Shown one piece after another: positions 1 through 14,123 of a stretch of DNA of 64,000 nucleotides. The notes under the pieces are model-generated. The model searched no databases, had not been told where the DNA came from, and was given only the letters and a program-made list of their open reading frames with translations. Every line of letters begins with the position of its first letter. Within the stretch, counting starts at the first letter, position 1. The position numbers and the translations under genes were made by a program. This stretch comes from the human T2T-CHM13v2.0 reference genome, Homo sapiens, in assembly GCF_009914755.1 (NCBI RefSeq), contig NC_060926.1; one strand, written 5' to 3'.

Positions 1-231
1 CTTCCTAGATATCACTGGGTATTAAATTGGGAATGTTGATGTCATTTGAAATGGATTTCTTTAAGAGTTCTTCTCATTACCAGAAGTTTTTTGTGTTTTT
101 TTTTTCAAGACCTTAAAACCGGAACTTTCCCGAAGAAAAATGCAAATAAGAATCTCCTTCTGGGAATCCGACTTAGTGAGCCATCAGAAATCTGAACTAG
201 GAAGTCTCCGCCCCAGCTTTGTCCTTTGATT

Positions 232-360
232 ATACACACATGGGCACATGCACAGACACAAACAAATACAGACATGGGTACGAACACGTGAGCACACACA
301 CAGACACACAGAGACTCACACACAGAGAAGCAGAGACACACACACACACAGGCAGACACT
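232..360. repeat. Degenerate (CA)n/CAGA-rich simple repeat
   Basis: Interrupted cacaca/cagaca runs; these generate the spurious VCVC ORF 105..416. Confidence 0.85.
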
Positions 361-395
361 CCACAAAGGGCACAGAGGTTTAAACAATGACTCAC

Positions 396-750
396 CTGTT
401 CCCCAGGCCCGGTCACTTGCAGGGAGCTGAAGAGCCTGTCATCACCAGTCCACAGCGTTGCTACCTGTCTCCGCTTTCTCCTCTCTCTGGTCCAGGGGAA
501 GGTTTGCTTCCCTCCACAGGCAGGACAGGACAGGAGGAGCCTCTACTCCAATGGAAAACAGCCGCAGAGCAGAGGTCAAGAGCAGCAGCCTCGGACCAGA
601 GCAGCGCCCACTGGACCCCAGCGCCAAGGTCAGGCCTCTTCTCCTCCCAGAAGGTTTCAGGGCAAAGTCCACAGTGGTCATGTGGTCACCTGAGGCAGGG
701 CAGGAGGCTGGACCTCAAAGCAGGTGACCTGGGAGCACCTGCGCGCTGCC
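396..750 (-). other. RAB17: Probable non-coding first exon (5' UTR) of RAB17; 5' end approximate
   Basis: Consensus minus-strand donor CAG|GTGAGT (+ strand actcacctg, 390-398) in unique, promoter-like sequence. The gene name is inferred from recalled synteny (RAB17 divergent and upstream of LRRFIP1); no RAB17 coding sequence is in the window. Confidence 0.6.
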
Positions 751-1120
751 GGAAGTCAAGTCACATTCCAGTCCTGCATTTCCTGGCACCCAACTGGAGC
801 CCGTTTTTCAGCTTTATTCCGGGGTTTCACTTCCAGGATCTCACTTTGGCACAGAATGTTTTTCTTGGCTCCTTCCTTGGAGCTGTATGGAATCTTTGTT
901 GCACTTGAAAAACCAACAGCCCAGAAGAGAAAAGAATATTCCGGTCAGATGAATTAATTCCTCCCACTGTCAGCTGGAAGCCATCCCTGGCTGAGCCCTG
1001 CACTGGCCAGAGACAACTGAGTGTGAGCCAGTCCAGGGTCAGATCCTGGGCTGATGCCACCTGAGGGCGGGGTGGGGGCGTGGCCTCCGTGCACATGGGA
1101 GACTCCAGGTGCAGGAGAGG
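600..1120. promoter_or_regulatory. Putative RAB17/divergent promoter motif cluster
   Basis: CCAAGGTCA 624-632, CAAAGTCCA 663-671, TCATGTG 678-684, CACCTG/CAGGTG at 687, 721, 736, 1058 and 1106, CCGGAAGT 749-756, ACATTCCA 763-770, GC/GT boxes ~1065-1083. Confidence 0.5.
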
Positions 1121-1911
1121 GGGAGGTGGACTTCCTCTTGGTCTTCCCAAATTCTTCAGGAGACTCTAGTCATGAAATTTCCTGGCTTGGTGGTAACAGA
1201 AGAGTCTCCTCCAGGTAAGATTTCCAGAGCCTCTGAGTATGGCTGGGGTAGCAGGGTTGGGCCTGAGGCTGAGGAGATGGAAATCTGTTGCCGTGAACAT
1301 CGCTCCACACAGCCAGTATACGGGAAGCCAGCTCACTTTATGTCCTCCAGACTCACCCTAACTTCTCGTTTGGGTCTCATCCCGCGGGGCTGCTGGGAAA
1401 TAAGCTCCGCCACCACAGTGGTTCCTCCGCCCTGTGGGAGTGGGGGGCTCTTATGCTGGAGGGGGGACACTGGCCTGGACTTCTGCTGAGGCTCTGCCCC
1501 TCATCCCTGCAGGATGGACTAGCCAGTCCTAACACAGGACTAGCGTTGCTCTACCACGTCCAAGCCTCCTCTGAGATTCTTCCTCCATGCAACCACTTCC
1601 CCTGGGGCGTGGCCACCTCCCTGGAAGCCGCCAGCATGCTCGGCTGGGCCCCCGCACTCTGGAGGCTTGAGAATCTCTCTATTTTTGAATGACGTCCTTA
1701 TCCTCTGCCCCCAGGCTGGTAACCAAAGGTCTGGGGGTGGTGACGTGCTGGGAATGGTGTAACTCGTGAGATGGAGGCTGAATGTGGAAATACATGAATG
1801 TGCTTCTCTTCTCTCCAGTTCCCTTGAAGAATCCACCTTCCTGCAGGGTTGGGGGAGCGCAGAATGGGAGGAAGATACAAATACCAATTTTATAGCAAGA
1901 ATGCAAAAAGA

Positions 1912-2207
<296 letters not shown>

Positions 2208-3089
2208 TTAAAAAGACAAAATGGTTAAGAACCAGCTTTTTACACCCAAAATGGGAGGTTTGTACCTACAGTCAGACAACAGGTTTGAAAGCCAGGCCTT
2301 GTGTGGAGAAGGGAGTTTTGGAATCAGCTAAGCTCAACTGTGATTATGTCACAGCCCATCGCTCATGTTAGAGAGGGTCCCGACTCCCTAGAAGGCGAAA
2401 ACCCCTCAAAGACCCCAAGCCAGTCCCCAAACAGCACAGAGCTGTGCCACGTGGCACCCCAGCCACCCTTTGAGCAATGCACATGCGTAAGATCTCAGAA
2501 GTGACCGGTGACGGTGCAGAGAGGCCCTGAGGGCCAGGCACGGGACAGCAGAAGGAGACACCAAGACAGGCAGGCTCAGGAGCTGGTGCAGGCAGGGCCA
2601 AGGTGCCTCAGAGGCTGGCGGTCCAGGCAGACATTTTCAGCAGAGACCACGGGGAAGCGAGGACCTCTCACAGATCTAAGGACACACATCCCCTCCCCAC
2701 ACTGCCACGAAGTCACCGGCCATACTCCCAACCCAGGCACCAGTGTCCATGTGAGAGAGAGGGGCAAGGTGGCGGCGTCCGGGAGAAGCAGCGTTTTACC
2801 TGGTGATCCTTTACGTTACTGTAGGACAGCAGATCTACAGGGTTGGACGGACTGAAATTTAAAATCCCCCCCTCCTCTGTTTCCCACTAGATCAAGCCCC
2901 TGGAGAAGATCTCCTTCATTAACATGAGGTAAAACACATGAAGAAAGTCTGTGACTTGTGGCAGGGGACAGGGCACAGAGCTTCTGCAGCTCAGAGGAGA
3001 GAGCCCTGTGTTCACAGTGGCTCTCACCATGGCCTGGAGTAAAACCAGCACAGCCCCTCTAGCATCCCCGGGTGGACAGGGTCGATGCC

Positions 3090-3680
3090 TGTGTAGTTAT
3101 CTCTGGATGTGTAACACATACCCACTGACTCGGCGGCTTACAGTAACACGCAGTTATGGCCTCACAGCTCCTGCGGCCCGGAGTCGGGGCTCAGCCTCGC
3201 TGCTCAGGGTCCCACAGGCTGCAGTCAAGACACTGGCCAGGCTGGGGTCTCCTTCTGAGTTCAGGGTCCTCTTCTGAGCCCACATGTTTGTTGGCAGAAT
3301 TCAGTTCCCTCAGTAGGCTGAGGTCCCCATTCCTGCTGGCGTCAGTGGGCAGCTGCTGTCAGCTCTTCAAGGCCCCTTCACACAGGGCAGCTTGCTTTCT
3401 CAAGGCCAGCGAGAGATGCTCTCTGACTTCTAGATCCTCTTTTAAAGGGCCCACCTGATTGGGGCAGACACCCCCAGCACAATCTCCCTTTTGCTCAACT
3501 CACAGTCAATGGACAAGGGACCCTAATTACATCTGCAAAATCCCTTCACCTTTACCATGTAATATAACCTGATCTCAGGAGTGACACCATCACAGTCCCA
3601 GCCCTGCACACACTCAAGGGGACAGACATGTCCACCAGGGGCTTGGAATCTTGGGGCCCATCCTAGAGTCCGTTGTCCAC
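3090..3680 (-). mobile_element. MaLR solo LTR (MLT1 family)
   Basis: aattacatctgcaaaatcccttc is the reverse complement of the MLT1 hallmark gggattttgcagatgtaatt. Confidence 0.75.
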
Positions 3681-5620
3681 AGTGCCTGAACCAAAGCTCA
3701 CACAAGGGAGGCCCCCCCAGCCCAGGTGACTTCACAGCCCACTGGCACACGCGGGCGGGTGGCAGGGGAGCCAGTGCCGAAGCCCGCCTCCTGCTTGGCC
3801 AGTGTGGCAAGGCCTGGTGCTCATGCTGATCTCAAGCAACCTGACACCCTCCTCATGAAGGCCCAAGGGTACAGTGAAAGGCCAGAACTCAGATACTTAA
3901 GAGGGTCTGGGGGCTCACAGCTTCCCCTCCTGCACAGAGGTCATCTGGGAGCAACCTGCCAGATCCTCCCTCGGGAACCAGTCAGCTCCTCCCAACACCA
4001 ATTTACTCGCCTCCAAAGTAAGGGGGCTGAGCCAGATGGTTCTAAACCTCCCTCCGCTTCCAGCCTCTGTGACGGATCACTCTATGCACTAAGGGCCATC
4101 CAGCGTGAGCAGGAAGCCTGTGGTGCGCTCGTGTAAATCAGAAGGTGCATTCCCATGGGGACATGGGATGGCAAGCTCAGACACAAACCTCTCGTGGAAG
4201 GCGGGTCAGGACTCACCGCCCAGACAGTATCCATAATGCCACATAGATGTGGTATCGTGCACAATCATCATTGCTTGTAGTGGAAATGAGGCAAAACGGA
4301 ACATAAGCAATTTACTTACAGGACCAGAATTAATATTATTTTAACACATACCAATTTTTAAGTTTGTCTCTGGCCATTTTATCAACTTTTCTGTGTTACC
4401 ATTGACAGGGAGAATATTCGCAATGCCACTTACACAGGCCACGTAGGCAGGCATGCACACATTCTCCTTCCAAAACATGTAAAATTATATCATTGTGGAG
4501 CAGGAAGGGCCCCCTGGGGAGGATGTGGCCTGAGTGCCCGCCCAGGGGCTGAAGAATCTCTGCAACTCTCCTGCCACCTGATGTCTCGGGTTCTGCTCAA
4601 ATATTGACAGTGATGGGATTTCCTCTGAGAGTTTATCCCATGTGGGTTCCTTTCTAGCCAAGTCAGTCCTTTGTAACTTTCCACTCTTTACTGCCCTGGG
4701 GTTGCGTGGAGAGCCAGGCCTACTGCTGCATAAACATTTCAGAGATGTTGAAGCAGCTCTCAAGGCTTGCAACAGGCATTGCTAACGGCCTGCCCCAGAT
4801 CCGTGCCCCCCTTGTTCCTTATGAGGAGATTCCCCACTGTGGTTCAGGTTGTTAGTGCCTCTCCGTATCTTCTTTCTTGCAGATGTGACCAGGTGACCCC
4901 CCTCTGGCCAGGGAACAATGGGCCGAAGTCCTCAGGGGATTTGTGGGGAAGCGCGCCCCCTCCTCCTTGGGGTTTTCTTGCGGAGCTGCTGTGAAGACTC
5001 AGCTCAGCTGTGATAATTACCTGAGGTCAGCTTCTCCAGAATGCCCTTATCTCCTAAGGCCTTTGAGATAAGCAGGAATTGTGGTGTCTGCCTTGCCTCC
5101 AAACCTTTATCCTTGCTTATCTCAGTGGAAAATTCCAGCAGGGATTTCTGAACACCAAGTTAAATTCCTCCACTCAACAATCAGTTTGGCACGTGGCTGC
5201 CCGCCAGTCTGGGCAGAACAGAGGGGAGCCAAGGGAATAAACCCAAGTCCTGCCCCCAGGTGCCCAGAGCCTGGCGGGGATGGGACAGTTGCCTGCAGAG
5301 CAAGAGGCTGCCACCCAGTTTCACACAGGCCAGAGAGGCTGACCTACCTGCCCAGAGGCAGGGGAAGAATCCAGAGGACCTCTCCCGGAGGAGGCACGAG
5401 AAGCCCACGTGGCAGCCAAGAAGAGGGAGAGCATCCTGGGCCCCGGAAGCACAATGCCAGGGGCAGACATGCACTGGGAGGCACGGGGCCAGGGACACCT
5501 TCAGTGAGCACAGGGTCTGGGTAGGCTTCGGGAGGGGTGAGGGCGGAGAGGCAGCCAAGCCGGGTTGTGGGAGGCCCTGCCTAATTCTGTAAAGACTAGG
5601 ATTAGAAACATGACAAAAAT

Positions 5621-6335
<715 letters not shown>

Positions 6336-8026
6336 GAGCCCCACCCTGTGACCACACCCTAGAGGGCCCCACACTGGCCTTCCTCTGGCCATGCTCTGGC
6401 TTCTAGGTGAGCAGTCCTCCAGGCCAAGGGACAACACTTCTAGATCACACTGCCAGATTCGGGAAGCGCAGAATTGCCCACCCAAGCCCACTTCTGAGGC
6501 CTGCAGGGGCCTCTGTTCCGGGTCCACTCCCCAAGAGCAAACCACAGCAGGCCCCACGGCAAAGGCACAGCTGTCAATAGGAAGCATGGCTGGAGGCTGG
6601 ATGTGTGGGCCAGGCACCCACGTGCTTATCCTGAGCTCCTCCCAGTGTGAGACAGGCCCAGGGAAGGAGGCTGGCTGGGGCTGGGACACCCCATTCTGGC
6701 CAAGGAGCCCCAGGGTTCTAAGTGCAACCCTAGGCTTCCAGGCTGTCAGGAACATGTTTCTAGCAAAGTAGCGCGTGGGGCATTGTGTTCAACAAGGCAT
6801 TTGCTTGGCTTTTTTCATGAATTTATTTATTCACATGGTGCACGGAGTACCATTTGTACTCCTGTCCCAAGCCCTGCAAATGTGAGAGGGGGGATCCCTT
6901 ATTTTTATCCTATTTTATGAGTGAAGAGTCTGAAGCCCAGACCCACTCCAGGCCACAGAGAGGAGGACAAGGGTAGGAACCCTGTGGTCCGTAGGAGTGA
7001 ACGGGAGGAACTGATCAGACCTGGATCAGCCTCTGAGGAGGTGCACAGCTTCACGCTACTGCTGTCCCTCGGGGAGGAACCTTAGCTCTTCCTGCAGAGG
7101 CCTCGGCGCTTCTCCCAGAAAGGGGGCAGATAAGCTCGGCCATTCTTGCCCTGGGCTGCACAGCCCCTGGCCACTCGCCCCCTAGGACGGATGCTGCTCT
7201 AACATTCTCCCAGCCAAAGCTGTCCTTTCTATTAGGGGGTTCCCATGGGCACGCACCTGCACTCTAGCTTCTCTTGTAATTAAATTTAAAAGCACGGCTC
7301 CCGGCCCCACACCCCCAGCACCATTTCGCCCTTTAGAGTGGCCTCCGCCCTCGGTCTACACTTCCTCTCTCCTGGGTCTCTCTTGAATCTACTCCACCGG
7401 GGCTGTGGCCTCCTTCACTTCACCCAGAAGGCTCCTGGACAGTCACCCAGGGCCTCTGTGTTACCAAACCCTCAGTCCCCGCTGGCATAGCCGTGAGCAC
7501 CACGCGGCCTGGCTGGCCACCCTCTTGAGCAGGACCCCGAGAGGCTTCTGACAGCCTGTCCTGATGGCCCAGTACCACTGGCTCCCCTCCTCCTCCTCCC
7601 AAAACTTCTCAACACTGGGGCAAAAATTCTCAGGCCTGTGCCTCTTCCCTCCTCTTGCTCCCTGCCCCCCTTGGAGATCCACAGATGAAAAACACGGACC
7701 GACAGACGATGCTTGGACACAGGCCTCCATCCAGGCCACCCTCCGGCTCCAGAGGCCCAAATCCGCCTCCCTCCCACGAGAGGCATCTCAGATGCACAGG
7801 TCCACACTGGCGCTCCTGATGCCCAAAACCTGCCCCACCTGCAGCCCTGCCTCACTTCACGGCAACTTGATCCTTCCAGGCGCTCAGGCCAAAATCCCAG
7901 AGTCACCTGTGTCCTCTCCTCCTCACATGTCTCACGTCTAACCCACAGGAAGTTCTTTCAGCTCCACATTCACACGTCACACATCACCAGCCGCTTCTCA
8001 CTGCTGCCATGTTAGTCCCCCATGCC

Positions 8027-8290
8027 CCACCTCCACTGTTCCCACCTCGGTCCCCTCTCCGTCCTCCACTGTCCCCACCTCGGTCCCCTCTCCCCTCCCC
8101 CACCGTCCCCACCTCCCCACCTCGGTCCCCTCTCCCCTCCCCCACCGTCCCCACCTCCCCACCTCGGTCCCCTCTCCCCTCCCCCACCGTCCCCACCTCC
8201 CCACCTCGGTCCCCTCTCCTTCCTCCACTGTCCCCACCTCAGTCCCCTCTCCCTCCCCCATTGTCCCCCCCTTGGTCCCCTCTCCTCTAT
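8027..8290. repeat. C-rich minisatellite with mixed 33- and 42-bp units
   Basis: ctcggtcccc-type anchors at 8046, 8079, 8121, 8163, 8205, 8238 and 8271 (spacings 33, 42, 42, 42, 33, 33). Confidence 0.9.
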
Positions 8291-8759
8291 CCTGGTTCCC
8301 TCTCCCCTTCTCCATTTTCCCCATCCTGGTTCCCTCTCCTCTCCTTCATTGCCTCCGTCTTAGCCCACTCCCCTGCTCTCTCTCCCCTGGGTGATGCAGA
8401 GCCTTCTGATCAGCCTCCCCGTGCCTGCCTTGTTCTTCTCAACACAGCAGCTGTGTGAGTTTGTTTACAAGCAGAGTCCATGGGCAATGGCACCTAGCAT
8501 TTCCCATTTCACTCAGAGCAGCAGTTCGGTTTTTAGCGTAGCCTGGAAATCCCTGTAACCCGCCCCCTTCCCTACCCTCATCACCTCTGACTTCTGACCT
8601 CATTCTTCTCCTCTCTCCCTGCTCCGTCCCCTCCAGCATCCCTGGCGACGCGCAGGTCATGCTTGGGCCTGACTCTGGGCCTTTGCACCTGCTGTCGCTT
8701 CTCCCTGCGAAGGTCCCTGGGAAGTACTTTCCCTGTCTCCCACTGCAGGTCTGTCACTG

Positions 8760-9198
8760 TGTCCTGTGGCTGCCAGAACATATAACCACCAAGTTAGTGG
8801 CTTAAAAGAAAGCGTGCTTACCTTCTAACAGTTTTGGAGAGCACAAATCCAAAATCAAGGCCTTGGGAGGGCTGGTTCTTCTGGGCGCCCTGAGGGAGGA
8901 GCCACCCCTGCCTCCCTGTGAGCTTCTGATGCCTGGGCTTACAGATGCACCCTCCAGTCCCTGCCTCCGTCTTCACATGGCTTCTTCCTTGAGTCTCTGC
9001 TACTTATAGGAACACTTGCCATAGGATTTAGGACCCACCTGGTTCATCCAGGATAATCTCCTCTTGAGATCTTTAAATCAATTACATCTGCAAAGACTCT
9101 TTATTCAAATAAGGTCACATTCCCAGGTACCAGAGGTTAGAGCTTAGACGCATCTTTTTGAGAACCACCATTTGAGGGTCGCCATTCAATCCCCCTAC
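8760..9198 (-). mobile_element. MaLR solo LTR (MLT1B/C-like)
   Basis: attacatctgcaaagactcttt, ggtcacattc and a terminal attcaatcccctaca, all typical of reverse-strand MLT1. Confidence 0.8.
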
Positions 9199-9655
9199 AA
9201 AGTCCATGCTGAAAATGTGACCCCCTCCTCCACACCCAGTAAGTTCTTCTCTGACTAACCTACCCAACCACAGCCTGGCTTGATTTTTCTGCATAACACT
9301 TATTGGTTTATTGCAGTTTTCCCAACTAGAATATAAATTTCCCAACTACACCTTTAACTGTTTGTTTACTGTTGTAATGCCAGGGTGTTCTGTTTACTGT
9401 TATAACCCCAAGTCCTAGGATGAATCTTAGTCCTGGTACATGGTCTTTGAGCCTAAGCGGAGGCCTTTCTGGGGTTTTAATGGAAAACCTGAGGCGCCTA
9501 CTTGGCAGGAGTTAGACTCCAAATTGTTTCCCTGCAGTGGGCAGCAGCTGAAATCTCTGCTCAGCCTTCAGCCTTACAGGCATTGCTTCCCACTGAGCTG
9601 CTTGGAGTCTCACTTGGGTTTTGCAGGGTAGGCTAAAGATTTGAGAATTAATGTG

Positions 9656-9788
9656 GGCCGGGCACAGTAGCTCACTCCTGTAATCCCAGCACTTTGGGAG
9701 GACAAGGCGGGAGGATCACTGGAGTCCAGGAGTTCAAGACCAGCCTGGGCAACACAGCAAGCCCTTGTTTCTACAAAAATAATAAAAT
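9656..9788 (+). mobile_element. Free left Alu monomer (FLAM-like)
   Basis: Left arm plus A-tail, flanked by a perfect 12-bp TSD AGAATTAATGTG (9644-9655 and 9789-9800). Confidence 0.9.
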
Positions 9789-11289
9789 AGAATTAATGTG
9801 TAATATTTTGGGCCTGTCTCCTTCAAGCTCCCTTCTTTCTAAGACTTCACCCTCAGTTTCCAGCCACTCCAGCAGCCTGAACACCATTCCCTGAGTTCCT
9901 GGGCCTTACATTCCAGCCTCCCTGCCCCGAGCAGCCTGGAGAGGGGCCTCGGAGGAAGGTCATCTTAGCGTGAATTTCATCCAGAGCAGTTCCTTTCTTT
10001 CAAGGGTCGAGTCCTCTCCATTCTTTGCTTCTTTGGTCAGTTTGCTTCTTTGGCCACTGTCCAGTGTCCTTCAACGGTGCTTTACATCTTATCCAGAGTT
10101 GATCATTTTTCTTTGCGGGAGATTAGTTCAATCCATGCTCCTGCAGTTCCTACTAGAACTGGAACTCTCCCGTTTTTTTTAACATTACCTTTAGTGGTTG
10201 GCTTGTGCTTCTTTAAAAGCGAAACCACGCTGCCACTGGGCCATGTGGGGCCCTGGGATTTATCCAGGTTAAATGCCGACTTAGAAGTTGGGAGATTGCC
10301 TCCATACACAGACTCCTTCACAGCACGTTTTACACATGCACTCAGCCGCTCTGATTAGTAAATCTCCTAAAATAAGTACTGGGCTTATGTTCACTTCCGT
10401 TTTGGAAATCAGTGACTCTGCCCTCTGAGCTGCAGGCCGGTCTGTGCCTCTAGCAGGAGCTGCAGTTCTGTGAATGATCCCTCTTCTCTGAAAGGCAGGC
10501 AGCCGGAGCTCTGGAGCCCTCCGGGCGAACAGAACAGATTGCTGACTGTGGGGTAGGTCCCCTTCTGCTCTGAGCTCAGCCTCACCACCTTGGGCAGACA
10601 GTAAACACAGTCCCGTGTGGTGTCGGCCGGCTGGAGCTCATCCTACAAAAGGTGGCAGAGATGGCGGTGCTGGTGGCTCCGTTTAACCCCAGCATGAGCA
10701 GAGGTGGGAAAATCTATGGCCCACGGGCAGGCCTGGGGACTCCAAGCAGGTGGAACAATAACATGAACTTGCCAAGATTGGCCAGGGCACAGCATCTCCA
10801 CTAGGTCATCTCACAGATGCCCCAAATTCAGTGTGCTCCAAACAACACCCTGGTTCTTCCCGGCCAAATGTGTTTATCCCCTAAGCTCCCTCCTTCCAGG
10901 AAAGAGAACTGTCCAGTGAGTTAGGCCAGAAAACCTGGAGTCATCTTAGTCTACAATCCTTGCATCCAACCCATTATCCAGTCCTCCCAATTGTACCTCT
11001 GAAAGATTTCTCGAAACCGTCTTTTTCTCTCCATCTCCTCTACCACCAGCATTTAGAAGGGAGTCACATTGCCAATGGCCTCCCGCTGGCTTCAGTTCAC
11101 GACCGGTTCCGGCCCCAGGAAAGAGTTTGGAAATAAAAGAAGGTAAAAACATGTTTTGCAGGAATTGTTCTTTGCTCTGCCTCTTCCTCCCCCAATCCAG
11201 CCAAGCTTTGTGCTTGTCTTTTATCCCTTGAAGACTATCCCCCAGCCATCCTCTCACCCTGCACAGAGGTCACCAGGTCTATGGTAAAG

Positions 11290-11480
11290 AGCCAGGAAAG
11301 AGGTCGGGCAGTCCTGGGTTCAAACCCAAGGTCCAGTGCTGACTGGCAGTGAGTGTGGTCATGTAAGCTCATCTCTAAACCTCAGTCTCCCCCTTTCAGA
11401 GAGGAAATAATATTCCTTGGTTTTTAAGGTTATCGTGGAGGCTAGAGCCTGGCACGTGACAGGTGAGTGTGTGATAAACT
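11290..11480. mobile_element. MIR
   Basis: cctgggttcaaaccc ... ctctaaacctcagtctcccc MIR core. Confidence 0.7.
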
Positions 11481-12344
11481 GTGTTCCTTACCTTTGCAGT
11501 CACTGTCAATCGTCATCGTTTAATGAGTGAGCATTTCAGAGGCCCTTCAGTCTGCACGGGACTCTGTGGTTGCTGGAGCCCTGGACCTGGGGCTCACCTT
11601 CCCCGACTGACTGAGGCCCGACTACCGTCCTCTAATCTGGGTTGCTATTTCCTGCCCTTCTGGACTCTGGACATAACTTCCTTTGCCTAATACATAGAGC
11701 AGTCCTGTTCCTCCTAGCCTTGGCAGCTATCACTGGCCACCTATCTTAACCAGCTTGGCTTTGGCCAGCTACCCCCAGGATCCCTCCTCTGGGCGACTCC
11801 CCAAGCTGCTCAAGTCCTGCCTGGCCCAAGACTTGGTAGCCCTACACTCAGCTGACGTGCTGCCACTCTCCACTGCCCCCTGACTAGCATGAAAGCCACT
11901 GCGGAACCTGCAACATTCAAGCTATCAAAGGGGTCACATTCCAAAGCACTGCTTTGTCTCTCCACTGAGGTGATAAGCTGCAGGACTTAACTGGAGGTGA
12001 GGTGCACGGGGGTGGGAGCCGCAGACCAGGCCCTGCAGTTTACATGGGCAAGTCCTTCACGGCCCCTCGGGGCCTCCATTGATGGATTCCTCCAGGACCA
12101 CACTGATGGTCCCTTCCAATCCTGCTGGTCGCCTAAGTGCAGAGCATGCTCCCCAGACAAGGGTTCTCTTCTCCTTTCCTTCAAGAACAGGACCTGCGTC
12201 TTGAGGTCTTCTGTCTTTCTCAAGATATCTAAATAGTAGCTGATGAACCACATCACATTTGTTGACTTAAAATCAAGGAATATGGAAAGGTATCATTTAT
12301 TAAGTGCTTATTACACTCCCTGCCCAGTGTTTATGTAAATTATA

Positions 12345-13170
12345 AAATGACCAACTCTGATGTTCATATATATATATATGTATATATTTTTTCATCCACA
12401 GTTTCTGGCTCATAGCTCCACTTAGCCCTTGTTACAGTTTTCTGTTATAATGTTGGATGTGCTAATCCTGGGCGCCACCCTCAGGTAACAGAACCTCTCT
12501 GACCCTCTCGCCTTCCTTTTTCCTGCCACAAGGCAGGACTCTAACCTTCCCTCACTTTTCTGACTGTAGGTCTTAACAGCCTCCCCTGGGAGGGTCCCGC
12601 CTCATACCATGCGGGAAGGAATTCTGTCAACATGAAGCTTCCATAAAAACCCAAGAGGACTGGGTTCAGGGAGCCGTGGAGAGCTGACTTTGTGGAGGTT
12701 CCCAGAGGATGATGTGTCCAGGGAGGGCTTGGAAGCTCCCTGCCCCTTCCCCCATACTTCGCACTACGCATCTCTTCATCTGTGTCCTTTGTAACATCCT
12801 TTACAATAAGCCAGCAAACATAGTTATTTCCCTGAGTTCAGTGAGCTGCTCCAGCAAATTGATCAACACAGAGAGGAGGTCATGGGAACCCCAACTTGAA
12901 GCCCATCCGTCAGAAGTTTGAGAGGCCCAGGCTTATGACTGGTGTCTGGGGTGGGTGGCAGTCGTGGGGACTGAGCCCCCCACCCAGTGGGATCTGGTGC
13001 TATCTCCAGGTGGACAGTGTTAGAATTGAACACCCAGCTGGGGCCCACTGCTTAATGTGTGGGGAAACCCCCACGCCTTTTATTGCAGACGTCTTCTGTG
13101 TTGATGATTGTGGAGGTGGTGGTGGAGTGAAAGAGGAAAAACGCAGTTTGAGAGAGTTTTTCCATACACA
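12345..13170 (+). mobile_element. ERV solo LTR (MER21-like)
   Basis: MER21-like text (ccataaaaacccaagaggactgggttcagggagc; tccctgagttcagtgagctgctccagcaaatt), ending in CA. Confidence 0.7.
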
Positions 13171-13174
13171 CCAA

Positions 13175-13290
13175 CAAACCAGGGAGGTGGATATTGTTAT
13201 CCCCATTTTACGGATGAGAAAATTGAGGCTCAGAGAGATTAAGTACATTCCCCAGAGTTACGTAGCTATCGAACAAGGATTCAAATCCAC
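13175..13290. mobile_element. MIR
   Basis: atccccattttacggatgagaaaattgaggctcagagagattaagt core. Confidence 0.85.
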
Positions 13291-14123
13291 AACTTTCTTA
13301 ACCTACCCCACAGAGGCAAATGCAAAAACCAAACCATAAGAGGGAGGAAATAATGACCTCTGCAAATGAAAGCCACCTGTATATCAAGAAAAGCATATGG
13401 ATAAAACAAAATGCTGGGACAATAACTGCCACAAACATGTGGCTTTAAAATCCTTGATTTATAAATCAGCAAAAAATGGACAAAGGCACAGCCAGACAAT
13501 TCGCTGAAAGTGAGTCCCAGGTGTGCAGGCAGCGCTAGCAGGAGCGTTCGGCCTCACCAGCACGTGCAGGAGCCGGTCAGCATGGAGGTCAGATTGGCAA
13601 AGCCTCATCACATCCAAGCTTTGGCAAAACAGTAGAGACTGTCCACCAACCGTTGCTGAGACTGTCTGGCAGTGCAGTTTTCTGAGAGGGCAAACCTGGG
13701 ATGCGTAGCAATGAATTCAACAACACAGCCTTTGACTCGGCAACTGCACGTCAAGAAACGGAACTGTCAGGAAGCATCTAGAACCCAGAGGGCAGAATCC
13801 AGGAAATGACTCTGTTCCGGAGTTCATCTGTTGCTCTGGGCTACACTTGATGCTACGGTAAAATCACTCACCCTCACATCCAGCCAGCGGCAACACACAC
13901 AATGAAAACCGTTCTGAAAAAGCAAAGCTGAGAGCCCCGGGAAGATGCAGGAGGTGTGGGTGGGGGTTGGAATTCAGCTCGGTTTAGATAAACAACTGAG
14001 ACCCGAGATGTTGATCTCTAAGGATTATCTCAGCCCCGACCTATTTCAACTTCCTTGTCTTCTTTCTTTGGCTCCTTACTTTTCATTGAAATTCCCTGAC
14101 TGGCCCACTAAGAACCAGGCTCT

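Noticed and set aside
7984-8458. Proline-rich/extensin-like ORFs
   Set aside because: Translations of the C-rich minisatellite in several frames
11591-11600. Minus-strand donor AAG|GTGAGC as an upstream RAB17 exon
   Set aside because: Single motif with no supporting promoter or exon evidence in the sequence
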